In this document: positions 8,255 to 17,913 of the stretch, piece after piece | How the letters are laid out: each line of letters starts with the position of its first letter | Position numbering within the stretch: position 1 is the stretch's first letter | Source of the DNA: Candidatus Woesearchaeota archaeon | GTDB lineage: Archaea > Nanobdellota > Nanobdellia > Pacearchaeales > GW2011-AR1 | Assembly (NCBI GenBank): GCA_964363345.1 | Contig: CAYIHY010000002.1 | Span: 761-64,760 of the forward strand | Direction: 5' to 3' | Length of the DNA stretch: 64,000 nt | The notes under the pieces: model-generated | Database searches by the model: none | Told to the model about the DNA's origin: nothing | Seen by the model: the letters and a program-made list of their open reading frames with translations, nothing else | Translations under genes and position numbers: made by a program

Positions 8255-9601
8255 ATGGTTGAAATTTTTACTGTTGGTGGATTTGATGAAGTTGGAAGAA
8301 ATATGTCTGTTGTAAAAACAGGGGAAGATGTTTTTATTTTTGATTTGGGAGTTTTCCTTCCTGCAATAGTTGAACTTCAGGAGCAGGAAACAGAAAAAAA
8401 AGAATATTCTGAAAGAAAATTAAGAAGCATCGGCGCTGTTCCAGATGATTTAATTCTTGACAAATTAGGATTAAGAGAAAAAGTCCGCGCGATTTTTTTA
8501 GGACACGCACATCTCGACCACGTCGGTGCAGTTCCATATCTTGCTTATCGCTACAATGCACCAGTCATCGGAACTCCGTTCACAATCGAAGTCCTGAAAA
8601 AAATTATGGAAGATGACAATATAAGAATCCCAAATCCGCTTAAAACTGTAAATCCAAATTCATCTTTTTTTGTAAAAGGAAAAAGTGCAAACTACCAGGT
8701 TGATTTCATAAATATAACTCACTCAACTTTGCAGACTTCAATGATTGCTCTTCATACTCCCGAAGGAGTTATTCTTTATGCAAACGATTTCAAACTCGAC
8801 AATACCCCGATTCTCGGACTTCCCCCAAATTATGATTTGCTCAAAAAAATTGCAAAAGAAGGAATTAAAGCGATAATCGTCGATTCATTATATTCTGGCG
8901 TTGAAAGAAAAACTCCAAGTGAAAAAATCGCAAGAGCATTAGTTGAAGAAGTTTTGCTGACGATTAAAAATGAAAATTCCGCAATCTTCGTAACGACTTT
9001 CTCGTCGCACATTGCAAGATTAAAAAGCATTGTTGATTTCGGAAAAAAATTAGATAGAAAAATCTATTTTATGGGGAGGAGCATGAAAAAATATGTTTCT
9101 GCTTCAATCAATGTTAAAATGTGCCCGTTCCAAAAAGATATTCAATTAGTAAGTTACAAAAATCAGTTAGATTCTACTTTGAAAAAAATTGAGAGAGACA
9201 GAGAAAATGCTTTGGTTGTTTGCACAGGACACCAGGGCGAGCCGGGAAGCATTATGGATAAATTATCACGAGGAAATCTTCCCTTTAATTTTCATGCAGG
9301 AGACAATGTTGTTTTTTCTTCAAAGACAATTCCGTCGCCGATAAATGTGGAAAATCGCGCCCAGCTTGACAAGAGATTAAAAAAATCAGGAGTAAGAATT
9401 TTTGACAACATTCATGTTTCAGGACATCCGGGCAGAGAAGATTTGCGTGATTTGATTACAATGATTCATCCTCAGAATATAATTCCCGCTCATGGTTCAT
9501 TGATGCACACTCTTCCGATGATGGAACTCGCGCAGGAAATGGGATACAAAGCAGGAAAAGATTGTCATTCAATGAAAAACGGACAAAGATTAAAATTATA
9601 A
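8255..9601 (+). CDS. rnj: Archaeal RNase J-like metallo-beta-lactamase/beta-CASP ribonuclease
   Basis: 448 aa. N-terminus VGGFDEVGRNMSVV, MBL motif GHAHLDHVGAVPYL, C-terminal HVSGHPGREDL. Size and lack of KH domains fit aRNase J rather than aCPSF1. Confidence 0.8.
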   Translation: MVEIFTVGGFDEVGRNMSVVKTGEDVFIFDLGVFLPAIVELQEQETEKKEYSERKLRSIGAVPDDLILDKLGLREKVRAIFLGHAHLDHVGAVPYLAYRYNAPVIGTPFTIEVLKKIMEDDNIRIPNPLKTVNPNSSFFVKGKSANYQVDFINITHSTLQTSMIALHTPEGVILYANDFKLDNTPILGLPPNYDLLKKIAKEGIKAIIVDSLYSGVERKTPSEKIARALVEEVLLTIKNENSAIFVTTFSSHIARLKSIVDFGKKLDRKIYFMGRSMKKYVSASINVKMCPFQKDIQLVSYKNQLDSTLKKIERDRENALVVCTGHQGEPGSIMDKLSRGNLPFNFHAGDNVVFSSKTIPSPINVENRAQLDKRLKKSGVRIFDNIHVSGHPGREDLRDLITMIHPQNIIPAHGSLMHTLPMMELAQEMGYKAGKDCHSMKNGQRLKL

Positions 9602-9651
9602 TTTATTTTTCTTTTGATTACGTTTTTAAATAATACATTCTTTATTCTATA

Positions 9652-10212
9652 ATGCCAAACGAAGAAATTGTTGGGGGATTAATGTCTGCAATTGAGAGAG
9701 GCGAATCTCTGAAAAAAGCAATGATGACTTTTTACAACGCAGGATATAAAAAAGAACAAATTGAAGAAGCTGCGCAATTTTTGAACCAAAACCCAACTGC
9801 GTCGCCAATTCAGATTTTACAATCTTCTGTTTTAGCAGAAAAACCAAAACAAAAAATGTTTGGAAAAATTTTTCAGCAAAAAAATCCGGAAACAAAACCA
9901 ACTCTTCCTCTTCAGGTTCCAACAAATAAAATTACTTCTCCAATTCCTCAGGCAGTAATTCCCGATATTTCAAAAGCTCCAAAACAAGTTTCACAACCTG
10001 CACAAATAATTTCTAATTATGGAGAAACACAAATCTCTCCAGTTCAACCAGCGACCATTCAGAAAGTTTCAAATTATGGGAATGAAGATATAAAAGACAG
10101 AGTTGCAATAATTATTCTTGTAGTTGTATTGGTGTTCTTAGTAGGAATTTTGGCCTCGGTTTTTTTATTCAAACAGGAGATTACAAATTTTTTAAGCGGT
10201 TTGTTTAGTTAA
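9652..10212 (+). CDS. Hypothetical tail-anchored membrane protein with an N-terminal AGY-x3-EQI helical module
   Basis: 186 aa. N-terminus ERGESLKKAMMTFYNAGYKKEQIEEAA, a P/Q-rich linker, and a single C-terminal TM (VAIIILVVVLVFLVGILASVFLF). Confidence 0.5.
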   Translation: MPNEEIVGGLMSAIERGESLKKAMMTFYNAGYKKEQIEEAAQFLNQNPTASPIQILQSSVLAEKPKQKMFGKIFQQKNPETKPTLPLQVPTNKITSPIPQAVIPDISKAPKQVSQPAQIISNYGETQISPVQPATIQKVSNYGNEDIKDRVAIIILVVVLVFLVGILASVFLFKQEITNFLSGLFS

Positions 10213-10213
10213 A

Positions 10214-10759
10214 ATGATTTATCAGCCTGCAGAAGATTCTTATTTGATGTCAAGAATTTTGAAAGAGCAAATTCCAAATTTGCTGAAAGAGAATCCCGAT
10301 TTATCTTTTCTTGAAATCGGCGCAGGAAGTGGAATTCATTTGGAAACCGCAAAAAGTTTGGGGATTAAAAAAGAAAACATTTTTTCTTCAGATATAGATA
10401 AAAAATCAGTTTCTCACTGCAATCTTTTGGAATTTAATTGCATTCATTCTGATTTGTTTGAAAATATTTCTGGAAAATATGATTTAATTATTTTTAATCC
10501 CCCTTATCTTCCTGAAGATGCCCGCGAGCCGAAAAGTTCAAAATTAGAAACGACTGGCGGAAAAAAGGGAAATGAAATAATATTAAGATTTTTGAAAGAC
10601 GCAAAAAATTATTTGAAAATTGGCGGAAAAATATTTCTCATAACTTCTTCTCTTGCCGAAGACATAAGTTTTAAAAAATTAGGCTACGAATCAAAAGAAA
10701 TTGGATGCGAAAAATTATTCTTCGAAAGATTGTGCATTTGGGAATTAATTATCTCTTAA
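10214..10759 (+). CDS. HemK/Mtq2-like SAM-dependent (glutamine/N6-adenine type) methyltransferase
   Basis: 181 aa. SAM motif I LEIGAGSG and catalytic motif IV NPPY (IIFNPPYLP). Size fits the archaeal Mtq2-like release-factor methylase family. Confidence 0.75.
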   Translation: MIYQPAEDSYLMSRILKEQIPNLLKENPDLSFLEIGAGSGIHLETAKSLGIKKENIFSSDIDKKSVSHCNLLEFNCIHSDLFENISGKYDLIIFNPPYLPEDAREPKSSKLETTGGKKGNEIILRFLKDAKNYLKIGGKIFLITSSLAEDISFKKLGYESKEIGCEKLFFERLCIWELIIS

Positions 10760-11585
10760 TATCTTTCCAGCCGATTTTCTTTTTCTTTAATCCTACAAGT
10801 TGCAGGAATTGATCTTCAAAAACAGGCTTTTCTTTTTGATAAAAAATTCCTAAAGGAATTTTTTTAACAATATTATAATCAAACTCATCAGCTTTTTTCC
10901 ATGCAGAATTAAAATTAGTCTTATCATGCCCCTCTTTCTGAAGTAAATAAAATTTACCCATATAATTTTTATCTTTGTGAAAAATTATTGACGGTTGAAT
11001 AATCTCTATAAACGCAAATCCTTTGTGTTTCAATGCTTCTTTGAAAACGGATTCAAGCTGTTCCTTCTCAGAAAAAACTCTTGCAACAAAACTCGCTCCA
11101 CTCGCAAGCATTATTTTTATCGGATTTATCGGATACAATTTCACCCCAAGAGGAGTTGTTTTATCTTTGAATCCAATTTCTGTAGTTGGTGTAGGCTGTC
11201 CTCCAGTCAACGCAAAAACCTGATTATTATGAATAAAATATTTGAAGTCAGAATTATATCTTGCAGCATGAATTAAATGTTCCATTCCTTCTGCATATGC
11301 ATCTCCATCTCCAGAAAATCCGATTACACTTAGATTTGGATTTCCAACTTTCATCCCAAGGCAAGTCGGTAAAACTCTCCCGTGGAGTGTGTTTATCCCG
11401 TTTAAATTTATATAATCAAAAATTTTTCCGTGGCATCCAATCCCCGCAACAATCGCAAAATTTTCTTTTTTCTTTCCTCTCTTAATCTCTTCTGCAATTA
11501 CTTTTTTCACACTTGCAAGTATTTGGAAATTAAAACATCCAGGACACCATGTCGGAATTACTGGGGTGTTAAGATTTTCTGTCAT
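10749..11585 (-). CDS. 2-oxoacid:ferredoxin oxidoreductase beta subunit (TPP-binding), copy A
   Basis: 278 aa. Contains WCPGCFNFQ, GIGCHGK and the TPP motif GFSGDGDAYAEGMEH. By eye, about three quarters identical to the 13677..14516 product. Confidence 0.85.
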   Translation of the reverse strand: MTENLNTPVIPTWCPGCFNFQILASVKKVIAEEIKRGKKKENFAIVAGIGCHGKIFDYINLNGINTLHGRVLPTCLGMKVGNPNLSVIGFSGDGDAYAEGMEHLIHAARYNSDFKYFIHNNQVFALTGGQPTPTTEIGFKDKTTPLGVKLYPINPIKIMLASGASFVARVFSEKEQLESVFKEALKHKGFAFIEIIQPSIIFHKDKNYMGKFYLLQKEGHDKTNFNSAWKKADEFDYNIVKKIPLGIFYQKEKPVFEDQFLQLVGLKKKKIGWKDIKR

Positions 11586-11586
11586 T

Positions 11587-12105
11587 TTATAACATCCTCC
11601 CTACAAGGTAAGTATCAACATATCTTCCATCGTCTGTTAAAAGTGCTTTTTTCTTTTCCCCTTCAATTTTAAAACCATTCTTTAATGCCAATTTCCATGA
11701 ACCCTTGTTTTCTATTGCCATTTCTGCCTCTGCTCTTTTGAAACCTTTTTTCTTAGCATATCTTAAAGATTCTTTAAGCAATTTTGTACCAATTCCTTTT
11801 CCTTGGTAATCTGGATGAATTCCCCACCCCATCCCGATTCTGTGCCTTAATCTCCCATTTTTTTTAAATGAAGACATCATTGAACCGACTATCTTTTTAT
11901 TTTTTTTATCTATTGCTATAAATGAAAAAGTATCTGGATTTTTATCTGCAAAATCCTTTCTCATTTTTTCTATCTTCTCCTTATCGGGAGCAAGATTGCT
12001 TCCAGTATATACCCAATTTTTAGTTTCAACACCTACCTTAGTCATCTCGGCAATTCCTTTTTCATCTCCAGATTTTGCTTTTCTAATTATTATTTCATTT
12101 GTCAT
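11587..12105 (-). CDS. GNAT family N-acetyltransferase
   Basis: 172 aa. Acetyl-CoA motif A YQGKGIGTKLLKESLRYAKKKGF. Inserted exactly at the alpha/beta junction of OFOR copy A. Confidence 0.8.
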   Translation of the reverse strand: MTNEIIIRKAKSGDEKGIAEMTKVGVETKNWVYTGSNLAPDKEKIEKMRKDFADKNPDTFSFIAIDKKNKKIVGSMMSSFKKNGRLRHRIGMGWGIHPDYQGKGIGTKLLKESLRYAKKKGFKRAEAEMAIENKGSWKLALKNGFKIEGEKKKALLTDDGRYVDTYLVGRML

Positions 12106-13603
12106 TTGATTCTTTTTTCAATCTCTCCTTAATTTCTAACCTTAATTCATCATTCAAAAATGGTCTGCCATCATATTTCAAAATTTTATTTTTATCTTCA
12201 ATAAAAATTCCAGTTTTTTCTGCAATTAAATTCCCTAATTGCCCTGTTGCATTATTCTCAATTAAAATAATATTTTTTCCTTCAATTTCTTTTTTTATTT
12301 TTTTTGGAAAAGGTTCAAGGTATAAAATCTGCAAAAATTTCGCGTTAATATTTTCCATCGCATCCATCACTGCGCCTTTAGTGCTCCCCCAAAACAAAAC
12401 CACATTCTTTGAATTCTTCCCGTAAGTTTTAAACTGATCAAATTTCTCCGCCTCTTTTTCAATTTCTTTCCTTTTTTTCATTCTTTCATCAACATTCTTT
12501 TTTATTAATTCAGCATCTTCTGTTGCACAGCCGAATTTATCTTTTTCATAACTATTGTATCTGGTTAATTTTGTTGTTTTTCTCGAATGAGTTATAATCG
12601 GATTTTTTTCAAGAGTGTAAGTGCTTTCTGCAAGGTGCTTGTCGCTTAAAACAATAACAGGAATTCCAAATTTTTGTGAAAAATAAAACGCTTGGCTTGT
12701 AAGTTCCTGCGCTTCATTTGGGTCTCCGGGAGCAATAATTAATCTTGGGAATTCCCCATGCCCTGCATGTCTTGCAAGTTCTAAATCTCCCTGAGCAGTA
12801 TAAGTCGCAACTCCCGTGCTTGGCCCCGGACGAGAAGCTAAATAAATCACAAGAGGGACTTCTGCAATCCCTGCTAAACTAAGCGCTTCAGTCATCAAAT
12901 CAAATCCTCCCCCAGAAGTCCCAACCATTGCCTTTGCTCCGGTTATCGCACTTCCGATAGCAGCATTAATCACAGAAATTTCACTTTCCATTTCAACAAC
13001 AAGAATATTTTTTTCGATTTGTTTTTCAGCAAGTTCACTCATAACATTTGTTGCAGGTGTCATCGGATATGCATAGTAAACATCAATCCCGGATTTTATC
13101 GCGCCCTCAGAAATTCCCTGATTCCCATTAATAAAAGTTAATAATTTTTTATTAAGAATAACTTTGCAAACAATTCTTTTCTCATCATTATACCCTTTTT
13201 TTGCTTCCTCTAAATTTTCTTCAAATCTTTCCCCGAGTTCTTTAAGTTCTCTCTCAAGAATTTTAAAATCAAGGCACAAACTTTTGAATAATCTCCCTGC
13301 AAAATACATATTTCCTTCACCTTCTTTTTGAATAATCTCCCCGCCTTTTTTCATTTCTTTCTTATGGATTTTAATTGTATTTTCATCTTGGGCAATAATT
13401 AAATTAATTTGTGAATCATTGCTGTAAACAGGCTTATCAGAAAAAGTAAGAACATTGAAATTGTGTCCTCCGCGAATCAGTGATTGATAATCCCTTGAGA
13501 TAAAAACATAATGTCCCTCTTTTGCGAGCGCCTTTCCCAAAATGCTTGATAGAATATTAACCCCTTGTCCGGCTTTTCCTCCGAATAGTATTGTAAACTT
13601 CAT
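12095..13603 (-). CDS. 2-oxoacid:ferredoxin oxidoreductase alpha subunit (gamma-alpha fusion), copy A
   Basis: 502 aa. N-terminal gamma-type domain (FGGKAGQGVNILS...GGHNFNVL) fused to the alpha domain (YYAYPMTPATNV, GTSGGGFDLMTEA). Confidence 0.85.
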   Translation of the reverse strand: MKFTILFGGKAGQGVNILSSILGKALAKEGHYVFISRDYQSLIRGGHNFNVLTFSDKPVYSNDSQINLIIAQDENTIKIHKKEMKKGGEIIQKEGEGNMYFAGRLFKSLCLDFKILERELKELGERFEENLEEAKKGYNDEKRIVCKVILNKKLLTFINGNQGISEGAIKSGIDVYYAYPMTPATNVMSELAEKQIEKNILVVEMESEISVINAAIGSAITGAKAMVGTSGGGFDLMTEALSLAGIAEVPLVIYLASRPGPSTGVATYTAQGDLELARHAGHGEFPRLIIAPGDPNEAQELTSQAFYFSQKFGIPVIVLSDKHLAESTYTLEKNPIITHSRKTTKLTRYNSYEKDKFGCATEDAELIKKNVDERMKKRKEIEKEAEKFDQFKTYGKNSKNVVLFWGSTKGAVMDAMENINAKFLQILYLEPFPKKIKKEIEGKNIILIENNATGQLGNLIAEKTGIFIEDKNKILKYDGRPFLNDELRLEIKERLKKESNDK

Positions 13604-13676
13604 TTATCCCTCAATTTTATATATAATTTTATTCACTTAACATTATAAACTTTTTTGAATGGTTCATTAAATAGGA

Positions 13677-14516
13677 TTATCGCTTAATATCTTTCCAACT
13701 CATTCCCTTTTTTTTCAATTCAATAATCTGAGGGAACTGCTCCTCAAAAATAAGATTTTCTTTTTGATAAAAAATTCCCAACGGAATTTTTTCCGCAGTA
13801 TTATAATCAAATTCTCCGGCTTTTTTCCAGGCTTCATCAAAATTAGTTTTATCATGTCCCTGTTCTTCTAAAAGATAAAATTTATCTTTGTAATTTTTAT
13901 CGTCATGGAATATCACACACGGCTGCAAAATTTCTATGAATGCAAATCCTTTATGATTCATTGCTTCTTTCAAAACATATTCAATCTGTTTTATGTCTGC
14001 ATTAACTCTCGCAACAAAACTTGCCCCTGATGCGAGCATCAACCTTATTGGATTTAATGGCGGAAGTTTAACATTCAGAGAAGTTGTTTTATCTTTGTAT
14101 CCGATTTCTGTAGTCGGTGTAGATTGTCCTACTGTCAACGCAAAAACCTGATTGTTGCTTACAAAAAATTTGAAATCAGAATTATACCTCGCAGCGTGAA
14201 TCAAATGTTCCATCCCTTCAGCATATGCATCCCCATCTCCAGAAAATCCGATTACATTTAAATTAGGGTCCCCCATTTTTAATCCCAAGCAAGTTGGGAG
14301 AACTCTTCCGTGAACTCCACTGAGTCCGTTAAGATATAAATAATCAAAAATTTTTGCATGGCATCCGATTCCAGAAACAATTGCAAAATCTTCTTTTGTT
14401 TTTCCTGATTTTATTTCTTCTGCGATTACATTTTTTACTGCGACAAGAGTTTGAAAATTAAAACATCCCGGGCACCATGTCGGAATCATCGGAGTTTTTA
14501 ATATTGGGTCAGTCAT
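13677..14516 (-). CDS. 2-oxoacid:ferredoxin oxidoreductase beta subunit, copy B
   Basis: 279 aa. Same motifs as copy A (WCPGCFNFQ, GFSGDGDAYAEGMEH). Its start overlaps the alpha stop (ATGA). Confidence 0.85.
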   Translation of the reverse strand: MTDPILKTPMIPTWCPGCFNFQTLVAVKNVIAEEIKSGKTKEDFAIVSGIGCHAKIFDYLYLNGLSGVHGRVLPTCLGLKMGDPNLNVIGFSGDGDAYAEGMEHLIHAARYNSDFKFFVSNNQVFALTVGQSTPTTEIGYKDKTTSLNVKLPPLNPIRLMLASGASFVARVNADIKQIEYVLKEAMNHKGFAFIEILQPCVIFHDDKNYKDKFYLLEEQGHDKTNFDEAWKKAGEFDYNTAEKIPLGIFYQKENLIFEEQFPQIIELKKKGMSWKDIKR

Positions 14517-16060
14517 TTCAATCTCTCCTTAATTTCTAATCTTAATTTATCTGAAAAAAATGGCCTGCCATCATATTTCAAAATCTTATTTTTATCTTCA
14601 ATAAAAATTCCAGTTTTCTCAGCAATAACTTTTCCAAGTTGTCCTGTTGCATTATTCTCAATTAAAATAATATTTTTTCCTTCAATTTCTTTTTTTATTT
14701 TTGCGAAAGGCTCCAAGTATAAAACCTGCAAAAACTTTGCATCTAAATCTTTAATTCCGTCGATAATTGCTCCTTCCGATGATTTTTTTAAATCGTCGCA
14801 GGAAGATTCTCCGATTGCATCGAGAATCGCTCCTTTCGTGCTCCCCCACGAAACAATAACATTCTCGGAAGTTTCATTTCCATAAATATTAAACTGCGTA
14901 AATTTCTCCGCCCCTTTTTCAATTTCCTGTTCTTTTTTCATTCTTCTATCAACATTTTTTACAATCAATTCAGCATCATCATTTGTGCTGCCAAATTCAT
15001 CGGCTTCATGACTTTGGTATCTCCTTAATGAAGTTGATTTTTCTGAAGAAACTATAACCGGATTTTTATTTAAAGTGTAAGAACTTTCTGCAAGGTGTTT
15101 GTCGCTTAAAACAATAACAGGAATTCTAAATTTTTGTGAGAAATAAAATGCTTGATTTGTAAGTTCTTGTGCTTCTTTAGGGTCCCCAGGAGCCAATATC
15201 ATTCTGAAAAACTCTCCATGCCCCGCGAATCTCATCATTTCTAAATCTCCCTGTGCAGTATAAGTTGCAGCTCCTGTCGACGGACCTGGACGGGAAGCTA
15301 GATAAATAACTAACGGAATTTCTGCGATTCCCAATAAACTAAAAGATTCAGTCATCAAATCAAATCCTCCTCCGCTTGTTCCAATCATTGTTTTCGCTCC
15401 TGTCATCGCGCTTCCAATTGCAGCATTAATAACCGCAGTTTCATTTTCCAATTCAACAACTACAATATTTTTTTCAATTTGTTTCTTGGAAAGTTCAGTC
15501 ATCACATTTGTTGCAGGCGTCATCGGATAAGCATAATACAAATCCAGTCCTGATTTTATCGCACCCTCAGAAACTCCCCGATTCCCATTCATAAAAATTA
15601 ATTTTTCTTTATTAAGAATAACTTTGCAGATTTCTTTTTTCTCTTCTTCATATCCTTTTTTTGCTTCCTTTAAATTTTCTTCAAATTTTTCAAGATTCTT
15701 TAACTCGTCTTCAAGAATTCTAAAATCGACGCATAAAATTTTGAACATTCTTCCAGCAAAATACATATTCTCCCCGCCGTCTTTTTGGATAATCTCCCCT
15801 GTTTTTTTTAATTCCTTCTGATGAATATTAACTGTATTCTGGTCCAAAGCAACTATCAAATCAAATTGCGAATCATTGCTGTTCACAGGCGAATCTGAAA
15901 AAGTCAAAATGTTAAAATTATGCCCCCCTCTTATCATCGACTGATATTCCCTTGACATGAACACGTAGTATCCAATTTTAGTAAGGGCCTGCCCCAGAAG
16001 ATTAGAGAGAATATTTGTTCCCTGCCCAGCTTTTCCACCGAATAAGATATTTACTTTCAT
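14513..16060 (-). CDS. 2-oxoacid:ferredoxin oxidoreductase alpha subunit (gamma-alpha fusion), copy B
   Basis: 515 aa, collinear with copy A. Carries an extra segment (GESSCDDLKKSSEGAIIDGIKDL) near the C-terminus. Confidence 0.85.
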   Translation of the reverse strand: MKVNILFGGKAGQGTNILSNLLGQALTKIGYYVFMSREYQSMIRGGHNFNILTFSDSPVNSNDSQFDLIVALDQNTVNIHQKELKKTGEIIQKDGGENMYFAGRMFKILCVDFRILEDELKNLEKFEENLKEAKKGYEEEKKEICKVILNKEKLIFMNGNRGVSEGAIKSGLDLYYAYPMTPATNVMTELSKKQIEKNIVVVELENETAVINAAIGSAMTGAKTMIGTSGGGFDLMTESFSLLGIAEIPLVIYLASRPGPSTGAATYTAQGDLEMMRFAGHGEFFRMILAPGDPKEAQELTNQAFYFSQKFRIPVIVLSDKHLAESSYTLNKNPVIVSSEKSTSLRRYQSHEADEFGSTNDDAELIVKNVDRRMKKEQEIEKGAEKFTQFNIYGNETSENVIVSWGSTKGAILDAIGESSCDDLKKSSEGAIIDGIKDLDAKFLQVLYLEPFAKIKKEIEGKNIILIENNATGQLGKVIAEKTGIFIEDKNKILKYDGRPFFSDKLRLEIKERLK

Positions 16061-16136
16061 TTTATCACAATCAATTTTATATATCAGCCTATTTTTTCAA
16101 TATTATAAACTTTTTTGAGGAGGACTATATAAAAAA

Positions 16137-17297
16137 ATGGTTAGATTTGCGCATATCTCTGATGTTCATTTAGGAGGATGGAAACAGCAGCAGCTTCAGG
16201 ATTTGAATTTCCAATCATTTAGAAAAGCAATTGACGTCTGCATAGAAAGAAAATTAGACTTCGTCTTGATTGCAGGAGATTTGTTTGATTCCGCTTATCC
16301 CCCCATAGAAATTTTAAAAGAAACTTTTTCAGAATTTAAAAGACTAAAGGAAGCAAAACTTCCCTGTTTCATAATCGCAGGAAGTCATGATTATTCAATC
16401 TCCGGAAAAACTTTTTTAGACGTTTTGGAAAAAGCTGGCTTCTGCAAAAATGTTGTCAACATTGAAGAGAACAAAGAAAAAATAATTCTCAATCCCGTGA
16501 TTCATAATGGAATCGCAATTTATGGTTATCCTGGAAAAAAATCAGGACTTGAAATTCCAGAACTCAGAAAAATAAAATTAAATGACTGCCCAGGAATGTT
16601 CAAAATATTTATGCTTCACACAACAATAGATAAAGCGAAAGGAACTTTGCCCACAGATGCAATTGAAACTGATTTGCTTCCTTATGCAGATTATTACGCT
16701 CTTGGACATTTGCATATGGATTTTCAATACCAAAATTTTGTCTATCCTGGCCCAATATTCCCAAATAATTTTCAGGAGTTGGAAGATTTGAGAAATGGGA
16801 GTTTTTATATTGTTGATAGTGAAAAAACAAATTCACTAGAGAAAATAGAACTTAAAATAAAAGAAACAATCCTTATTGAAATTGAAATAAAAAATTCTCT
16901 TGTTGCAACAGAGCAGATAATTTCTGAAATAGAAAAGAAAGATGTCGAAGACAAAATAATCCTTTTAAGATTAAGCGGGGAATTGGAAACGGGAAATAAT
17001 TCGGATATAAAATTTCCGCAGATTGAAGAAGCAGTAGCAAGAAAAAAAGCTTACTTCCTTTTGAAAAATACTCACGAGCTGAAAACAAAAGAGGTTGAAA
17101 TGAACTTTGAAATAAAAAATATAGATAATATCGAGGAAGAAGCAATAGATGTTTATTCTCAGCAAAATCCAGTTGATTTTAACCGATTCATTCCTCAGCT
17201 GATAAATTCGCTTTCAATAGAAAAACAAGAGGGGGAAAAAATAGAAAGTTTCACTAATCGCATTCTCGACGAAACTAAAAAAATTTTAAAATTTTAA
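16137..17297 (+). CDS. mre11: DNA double-strand break repair nuclease Mre11
   Basis: 386 aa. Calcineurin-like phosphoesterase motifs HISDVHLG, AGDLFD, AGSHD and GHLH. Confidence 0.8.
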   Translation: MVRFAHISDVHLGGWKQQQLQDLNFQSFRKAIDVCIERKLDFVLIAGDLFDSAYPPIEILKETFSEFKRLKEAKLPCFIIAGSHDYSISGKTFLDVLEKAGFCKNVVNIEENKEKIILNPVIHNGIAIYGYPGKKSGLEIPELRKIKLNDCPGMFKIFMLHTTIDKAKGTLPTDAIETDLLPYADYYALGHLHMDFQYQNFVYPGPIFPNNFQELEDLRNGSFYIVDSEKTNSLEKIELKIKETILIEIEIKNSLVATEQIISEIEKKDVEDKIILLRLSGELETGNNSDIKFPQIEEAVARKKAYFLLKNTHELKTKEVEMNFEIKNIDNIEEEAIDVYSQQNPVDFNRFIPQLINSLSIEKQEGEKIESFTNRILDETKKILKF

Positions 17298-17298
17298 C

Positions 17299-17913
17299 AT
17301 GATATCTATCGGAGTTCTGGGGTCTACAAAAGGAAGTTATTTACCGAACATAGTCGAAAGCATCAATAAAGGAGAATTGAAAGGATTAGCAAAAATAGTA
17401 GCAGTAATCTCTGACAAAGAAGATTCAGGAATTTTATCCAGAGCAAAAAAATATGAAATTGAAAATTATTATCTTAATCCAAGCGGGATTGAAAGAGTAG
17501 ATTATGATAAGAAAATCGCAGAAATATTTGATAGCAAAGGAGTTCAGTTAATAACCCTCGTTGGTTATATGAAATTACTAAGTAAAGATTTTGTTGAGAA
17601 ATACAGAAATAGAATAATGAATATTCATCCGTCTCTTCTGCCCTCTTTTCCAGGAATTGATTTGGAAGTGCATAAGCAAGTACTGGATTCGGGATGCAAG
17701 GTTTCTGGATGCACTTTATTTTTTGTTGATGAAAGAAAAGATAATGGTCCAATAATAATGCAAAAAGCGGTCCCAGTTTATTGCGATGATGATGCCGAAT
17801 CATTAAAAACAAGAGTTCAGAGTGCAGAACAGAAAATTTATCCCCGTGCCATAAAATTGTATGCTTTAGGAAAATTAAAAGTTGAAGGAAAAAAGGTAAT
17901 TATTTTAAAATGA
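17299..17913 (+). CDS. purN: Phosphoribosylglycinamide formyltransferase-like protein (PurN family)
   Basis: 204 aa. NIHPSLLPSFPG, DERKDNGPIIMQKAV and KIYPRAIKL match the PurN catalytic core (Asn/His/Asp). Starts 1 nt after the mre11 stop and overlaps the rad50 start. Confidence 0.8.
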   Translation: MISIGVLGSTKGSYLPNIVESINKGELKGLAKIVAVISDKEDSGILSRAKKYEIENYYLNPSGIERVDYDKKIAEIFDSKGVQLITLVGYMKLLSKDFVEKYRNRIMNIHPSLLPSFPGIDLEVHKQVLDSGCKVSGCTLFFVDERKDNGPIIMQKAVPVYCDDDAESLKTRVQSAEQKIYPRAIKLYALGKLKVEGKKVIILK

